DNA of 64,000 nucleotides from the human T2T-CHM13v2.0 reference genome, Homo sapiens, in assembly GCF_009914755.1 (NCBI RefSeq), contig NC_060940.1; one strand, 5' to 3'. Of the stretch, positions 58,601 to 64,000 are shown piece after piece (the first letter of the stretch is position 1; each line of letters opens with the position of its first letter). The notes below the pieces were generated by a model. That model ran no database searches. It saw only the letters and a list, made by a program, of their open reading frames with translations, and had not been told where the DNA came from. The position numbers were made by a program, and so were the translations under genes.

Positions 58601-61600
58601 ATTCCATTCTATTCTATTCAATGGTGATTCCATTCGAGTACATTAGATGATTCCATTCGATTCCATTCAATGATGATTCTATTTGTGTCCCTTAGATGAT
58701 TCCACATGATTCCATTAGATGATGATACTATTTGAGCCCATCCAATGATTCCCTTCGATTCCATTCGATGAGGATTCCATTCGATTCAATTCATTGGTGA
58801 TTCTATTCAATTCAATTCTTTGATTCCATTCCATTCCATTCGACAATGATTCCATTCGATTTCTTTCGATGATTCCACTCGATTCCACTTGACATTGATT
58901 CCATTCGATTCCATTCAATGATTCCATTTGATTCCAGTGGATGATGATTGCCATCGATTCCATTCGATCACTCCATTCTATTCCATTTGATGATGATTAC
59001 ATTCGATTCCATTTGATGATTCCATCTGATTCTATTCGAGGATTCCATTTGATTCCATTCGATGATGATTCCATTCGAGTCCATTCGATGATTTCATTCG
59101 AGTACATCCAATGATTCCATTCGAGTCCATTAGATGATTCCATTTGATTCCATTTGAAAATGATTCTACTAGAGTCCATTCAATGACTCCATTCGAGTCC
59201 ATTCAACAATTCCATTCGACTCCATTCGATGATTCCATTCGATTCCATTTGATGGTTCCATTCGAGTCCATTTAATCATTACAGTCGAGTCCATTTGGTG
59301 ATTCCACTGGATTTCTTTTGATAATGATACCATTCAATTACATTTGATGATGATCCCATTCAGTTTCATTTGATGATGATTCCATTAGAGTCCATTCGAT
59401 GATTTCATTCGAGTCCCTTCATTGATTCCATCCGATTTCATTGGATGATGACTCCATTCGAGTCCATTCGATGATTCCACTCGATTCCATTAGATGACTC
59501 CATTGGAGTCCATTTGATTGTTCCATTCGATTCCATTCGATTCCTTTCGAAGATTATTCCATTTGAGTCCATTCGATGATGATTCCATTCCATTCCATTC
59601 GATGATTCCGTTTGATTCCATTCGATGATTCCCTTCGATTCCTTTCTTTGATGATTCCATTCCGTTCCATTCAATGATTCCATTCGAATCTATTCCATGA
59701 TGATTCCTTTCGATTCCATTCGCTGATGTTTCCGTTCAATTCCATTCGATGATGATTCCATTCGATTCCATTCATTGAGGATTCCATTTGATTCCATTCA
59801 ATGATGATTCCATTCTATTCCATTCAATGATTGCATTCAATTCCATTCAATGATTATCCCATTAGAGTAAACTCAACGATTCCATTCAATACCATTCGAT
59901 GATGATTCCTTTTGAGTCCATTCAATGATTTCATTCAAGTCCATTTGATGATTCCTTTCAATTCCATTCTATGATGATTCCATTCGAGTCCATTCGATGA
60001 TTCCATTCGATTGCATTCGATGATTCCATTATATTCCATTCAACGGTGATTCCATTCGAGTCCATTCCATGATTCCATTAGAGTACATTTAATGATTGCT
60101 TTGTTTTCAATTCGAAGATGATTACATTGGATTCCATTCTATGATACCATTCGATTCCATTCAATGATGATTCCACTCAAATCCATTGGATGATTCCATT
60201 CGTGTCCATTCGGTGATTTCATTAGATTCCATTCGAGGATGATTCCATTCGATTCCATTCGATGATTCCATTCAATTCCATTCGATGATGATTCCATTCC
60301 AGTCCATATGATCATTCCATTTGATTTCATTCGATGATGATTCCATTCGATTCGATTCGACGATTCCATTCTATTCCATTCGATGATGATTCCATTCGAG
60401 TCCATTCGATGATTGCATTCGAGTCCATTTAATGATTCCATTGGGTTCAATTCAATGATGATTACATTGGATTCCGTTCTATGATTCCATTCAATTCCGT
60501 TCATTGACAATTTGATTCCATTCGATGATGATTCCATTTGAGTTCATTCGATGATTCTATTCGATTCTCTTCGATGGTGATTCAATTCTATTATATTGGA
60601 TGATTCCATTCGATTCCATTTGATGTTGATTCAATTCGATTCTATTCGATGATGATTCCATTGGATTTCACTTGATGATTCTATTCGATTCCATTCAATG
60701 ATGATTCACTTCTCGTCCATTGGATGATTCCATTTCATTCCATTCGATGATGATTCCATTCGATTCCATTCGATGATTCCATTTGATTCCATGCGACGGT
60801 GAGCAATTCGATTCAATTCCATGATGATTCTATTTGATTCAATTAGATGATGTTTCCATTCGAATCCATTCCATGATTATTCCACTGGAATCCATTCGGC
60901 GATGATTCCATATGAGTCAATTCAATGATGATTCCATATGGGTCCGTTCGATGATAATTCCATTTGATTTCATTCGATGCTTCTATTCTATTCCAGTCGA
61001 TGATGATTCCGTTGGAGTCCATACGATGATTCCATTTGATTTCATTTGATGATGATTCCATTCGATGATGATTACATTGGATTCCATTCTATGATTCCAT
61101 TCAATTCCATTCGTTGATGATTCGATTCCATTCAATGATGATTCCATTTGAGTTCATTCGATGATTCTATTCGATTCCGTTCGATGGTGATTCAATTCTA
61201 TTATATTGGATGATTCCACTCGATTCCATTTGATGATTATTCCATTGGAGTCCACTTAGTGAATCCTTTAGATTCTACTCGACGATGATTCCATTCGAGT
61301 CCATTCGATGATACCATTCAATTCCATTCGTTGATGCTTCCATTCAAGTGCATTCGATGATATCATTCGATTCCATTTGATGATAATTCCATTTGATTCC
61401 ATGCGATGATTCTATTCGATTCCATTCAATGATAATTCCATTCAATTCAGTGATTCCTCTGGACTCCATTTGATGATGATTCCATTCAATGATTCCATTC
61501 GATTCTATTCGAAAATGATTCCATTTGAATCCATTTGATGATGATTCCATTAGATTCCATTTGATGATTCCATTCGATTCCATTCGACGATGATTCCATT

Positions 61601-61679
61601 CGATTCCGTTTGATGATTCCATTCTATTCTATTCGATGATGATTCCATTCGATCCCATTCGATGATGATTGGATTCGAT
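55617..61679 (+). repeat. Higher-order unit 10 (6063 bp, 49-bp deletion)
   Basis: Anchors 55661 to 61724; the GTTGATTCTGTTCAAA block is absent at about 57045. Confidence 0.93.
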
Positions 61680-64000
61680 TCCATTTGATGATTTCATTTG
61701 ATTCCATTCGTTAATGATTTCGATCAATTCCATTCGATGATTCCATTCGATTCCATTCGATAATGATTACATCCGAGTCCATTCGATGATTCCCTTTGAG
61801 CCTGTTCGATAATTCCATTTGAGTCCAACCAATGATTCCATTCATTTCCATTCAATGATTCCATTCGAGTCCATTTGATCATTCCGGTAGGGTCCATTCG
61901 ATGTTGATTCCATTGGAGTGCATTCGATGATTCCATTCGAGTCCATTTTAGGATTTGATTCGAGTCCTTTCGATGATTCCATTCGATTCCACTCGATGAT
62001 GATTTCATTCGAGTCCATTCGACACTTCCAATCGATTCCATTTGATGATTCCATTCGAGTCCAATTGATGATTCCATACAATTCCATTCGATGATGATTC
62101 CGTACGATTCCATTCTGTGATGATTCCATGTGATTGCATTCAATGATGATTCCTTTCGATTGCATTCGATTATGATTCATTTCGTGTTCATTCTATGGTT
62201 CCACAGGTTTCCATTCGTGTCCATTCCATTATTCCATTCTATTCCATTTGATGATGATTCCATTCGATTCCATTCATTGGTGATTCCACTCAATTCCATT
62301 CAATGATTCCATTCCATTTCTTTCAACAATGATTCCATTAGTTTCTAATCGATGATCCACTTGATTCCATTTGACGACGATTCCATTCTTGTCCATTCGA
62401 TGATTCCATTTGATTCCATATGATGATGATTCCATTCGATTCCATACCATGATGATTCCATTCGAGTCCATTCAATGGTGATTCCATTCAATTCCATTCG
62501 ATGTTTCCTTTTGATTCCATTCGATGATGATGGCATTCGATTCCTTTCAATCATTCCCTTTGATTCCATTCAAAGGTGATTTCATTCAAGTCCATTCGAT
62601 AATTGCATTCGATTCCATTCTATGATGATTCCATTCGAGTCCATTTGATGATTCCATTCAATTCAAGTCAATGATGATTCCATTCGATTCCATTCGATGA
62701 TTCCATTGGATTCCATTCGATGATGATTCCATTCAAATCCATTCGATAATTCAATTCAAGTCCATTCGATGATGATTCCAATCGAATCCATTCAAAGATT
62801 CCATTCAGTTCCATTCGAAGATTCCCTTAGATTCCATTCGATGATTCCACTTGATTCCATTTACGATGATTCCATTCGATTCCATGTGATGATTCCATTC
62901 AATTCTATTCAATGATGTCTCCATTTGATTCCATTCGACCATGATTGCCTTTGATTCCATTCAATGATTCCATTCGGTTCCGTTTGATGATGATTCCGTT
63001 CGATTCCATTTGATGATTCCATTTGATTCCATTGGATGAGTCCATTCGATTACATTCGATGATTATTCCATTCGAGTGCATTAGATGATTCCATTCGAGT
63101 CCATTCGATGATTCCATTCGATTCCATTCGATGTTGATTCTGTTCAAATCCATTCGATGATTCCACTCGATTCCATTCGTTGACTCCATTTGATCCCATT
63201 CGATGATTTCCTTTGATTCCCTTTGATGATCATTCCATTTGATTCAATTCGGTGATTTCATTTGATTCCATTCAGTGATGTTTCCATTCGACTCCATTCG
63301 ATGATGATTCCATTCGACTCCATTCGATTATGATTTCATTCAATTCCATTCGATAATGATTCCCTTCGAGTCCATTCGATGATTCCATTCGATTCCATTC
63401 AACGATGATTTGATTCGTGTCCATTCGATGATTCCATTTGATTCCACTTGATGATGATTCCATTCGAGTCCATTTGATGATTCCATTCAATTCCATACTC
63501 CGATGATTTCTTTTGAGCCCACTCAATGCTTCCACTCGATTCCATATGATGATGACTCCATTCGATGAAATTCGATGATGATTCCATTCGCTTGCTTTCG
63601 ATGATGATTCCACTTGAGTCTGTTAGAAGATTCTATTCAATTACATTCCATGACGATTCCGTTCGAGTCCATTTGATGATTCCATTAGACTCCATTCGAC
63701 GATGATTCCATTCGATGTTATTCGATGATTCCATTCGATCTCATTCGATGATGATTCCATTCAACTCCATTCGATGTTTCCATTCGAGTTCATTCTATTA
63801 TTCCATTAGATTCCATTCGATGATGATTCCATTCGATTCCATTTGATGATTGCATTCTATTTCATTTGATGATGATTCCATTCGAGTCCACTCGATGATT
63901 CCATTCGAGTCCATTTAATGAATCCATTGGTTTCAATTCTATGATGATTACATTGGATTCCATTCGTTGATGATTTCATTCGGTTCCATTCAATGATGAT
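61680..64000 (+). repeat. Higher-order unit 11 (partial, runs off the window)
   Basis: Colinear with the first ~2.3 kb of the other units. Confidence 0.92.

Larger units (their letters stand above)
1..64000 (+). repeat. Human satellite 2 (HSat2/HSATII) pericentromeric tandem array, CATTC strand on +; probably HSat2B (chr16q11.2-type, 6.1-kb unit)
   Basis: Continuous CATTCGATTC / CATTCGATGATTC / CATTCGATGATGATTC / GAGTCCATTC words giving 23- and 26-bp monomers. CATTCGAT and (ATG)n-containing monomers dominate instead of pure (CATTC)n, which separates HSat2 from HSat3. The subfamily and chromosome call rests on the recalled ~6.1-kb period and is less certain than the family call. Confidence 0.97.

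Noticed and set aside
61724-62143. Longest ORF (139 aa), extended relative to the other units
   Set aside because: It results from one private substitution at 62078 that removes a stop codon; nothing suggests selection.
45-63613. Numerous 60-139 aa minus-strand ORFs (MESSNGIEWNHRM-type) repeating every ~6.1 kb
   Set aside because: They are translations of the GAATG strand, which is ATG-rich and relatively stop-poor, while the + strand is saturated with TGA. They overlap in different frames, are low-complexity, resemble no protein family, and are broken or extended by random SNVs.
1-64000. CRISPR-like array of 23-26-bp repeats
   Set aside because: There are no unique spacers, no leader and no cas genes; the monomers abut directly.
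1-64000. Transposon insertion (L1/Alu), unique island or strand inversion
   Set aside because: All unit-length differences are fully explained by +26, -1, -52, +739 and -49 bp. I saw no poly(A) tail, target-site duplication or GAATG-oriented segment.
1-64000. HSat3, alpha satellite with CENP-B boxes, or telomeric repeat
   Set aside because: Pure CATTC runs reach only about three copies, there is no 171-bp period, and I noticed no CENP-B box or TTAGGG tract.
1-64000. Special DNA/RNA structures (GGAAT hairpins, i-motif) or heat-shock elements
   Set aside because: These would be generic properties of CATTC satellites. No long inverted repeat or locally distinctive element stands out in this window.
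1-64000. A previously undescribed biological system
   Set aside because: The content matches a well-known satellite family. The only novelty that can be supported is fine-scale structural variation and repeat history.

Overview
The whole 64 kb window is one uninterrupted array of human classical satellite 2 (HSat2/HSATII), with the CATTC strand on + throughout. It is built from diverged 23-bp (CATTCGATTCCATTCGATGATTC) and 26-bp (CATTCGATTCCATTCGATGATGATTC) monomers, organised into a highly homogeneous ~6,112-bp higher-order unit. About 10.4 copies are present. Unit lengths, from the spacing of matching ORF anchors, are 6137, 6112, 6112, 6060, 6112, 6060, 6112, 6112, 6799 and 6063 bp, followed by a partial unit. 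A ~6.1-kb period is the known signature of the HSat2B array at 16q11.2, but that assignment is from recall and was not checked by alignment. I found no genes, RNA genes, transposons, CRISPR array or strand inversion; all listed ORFs are artefacts of translating the GAATG strand. I did not find a new biological system. What is readable is array evolution: two interleaved unit haplotypes forming an incipient 12,172-bp dimer, a shared 52-bp deletion, a 739-bp tandem duplication with 17-bp junction homology, monomer-sized indels, conversion-like substitution clusters, and an older 610-bp-offset duplication inside the unit.
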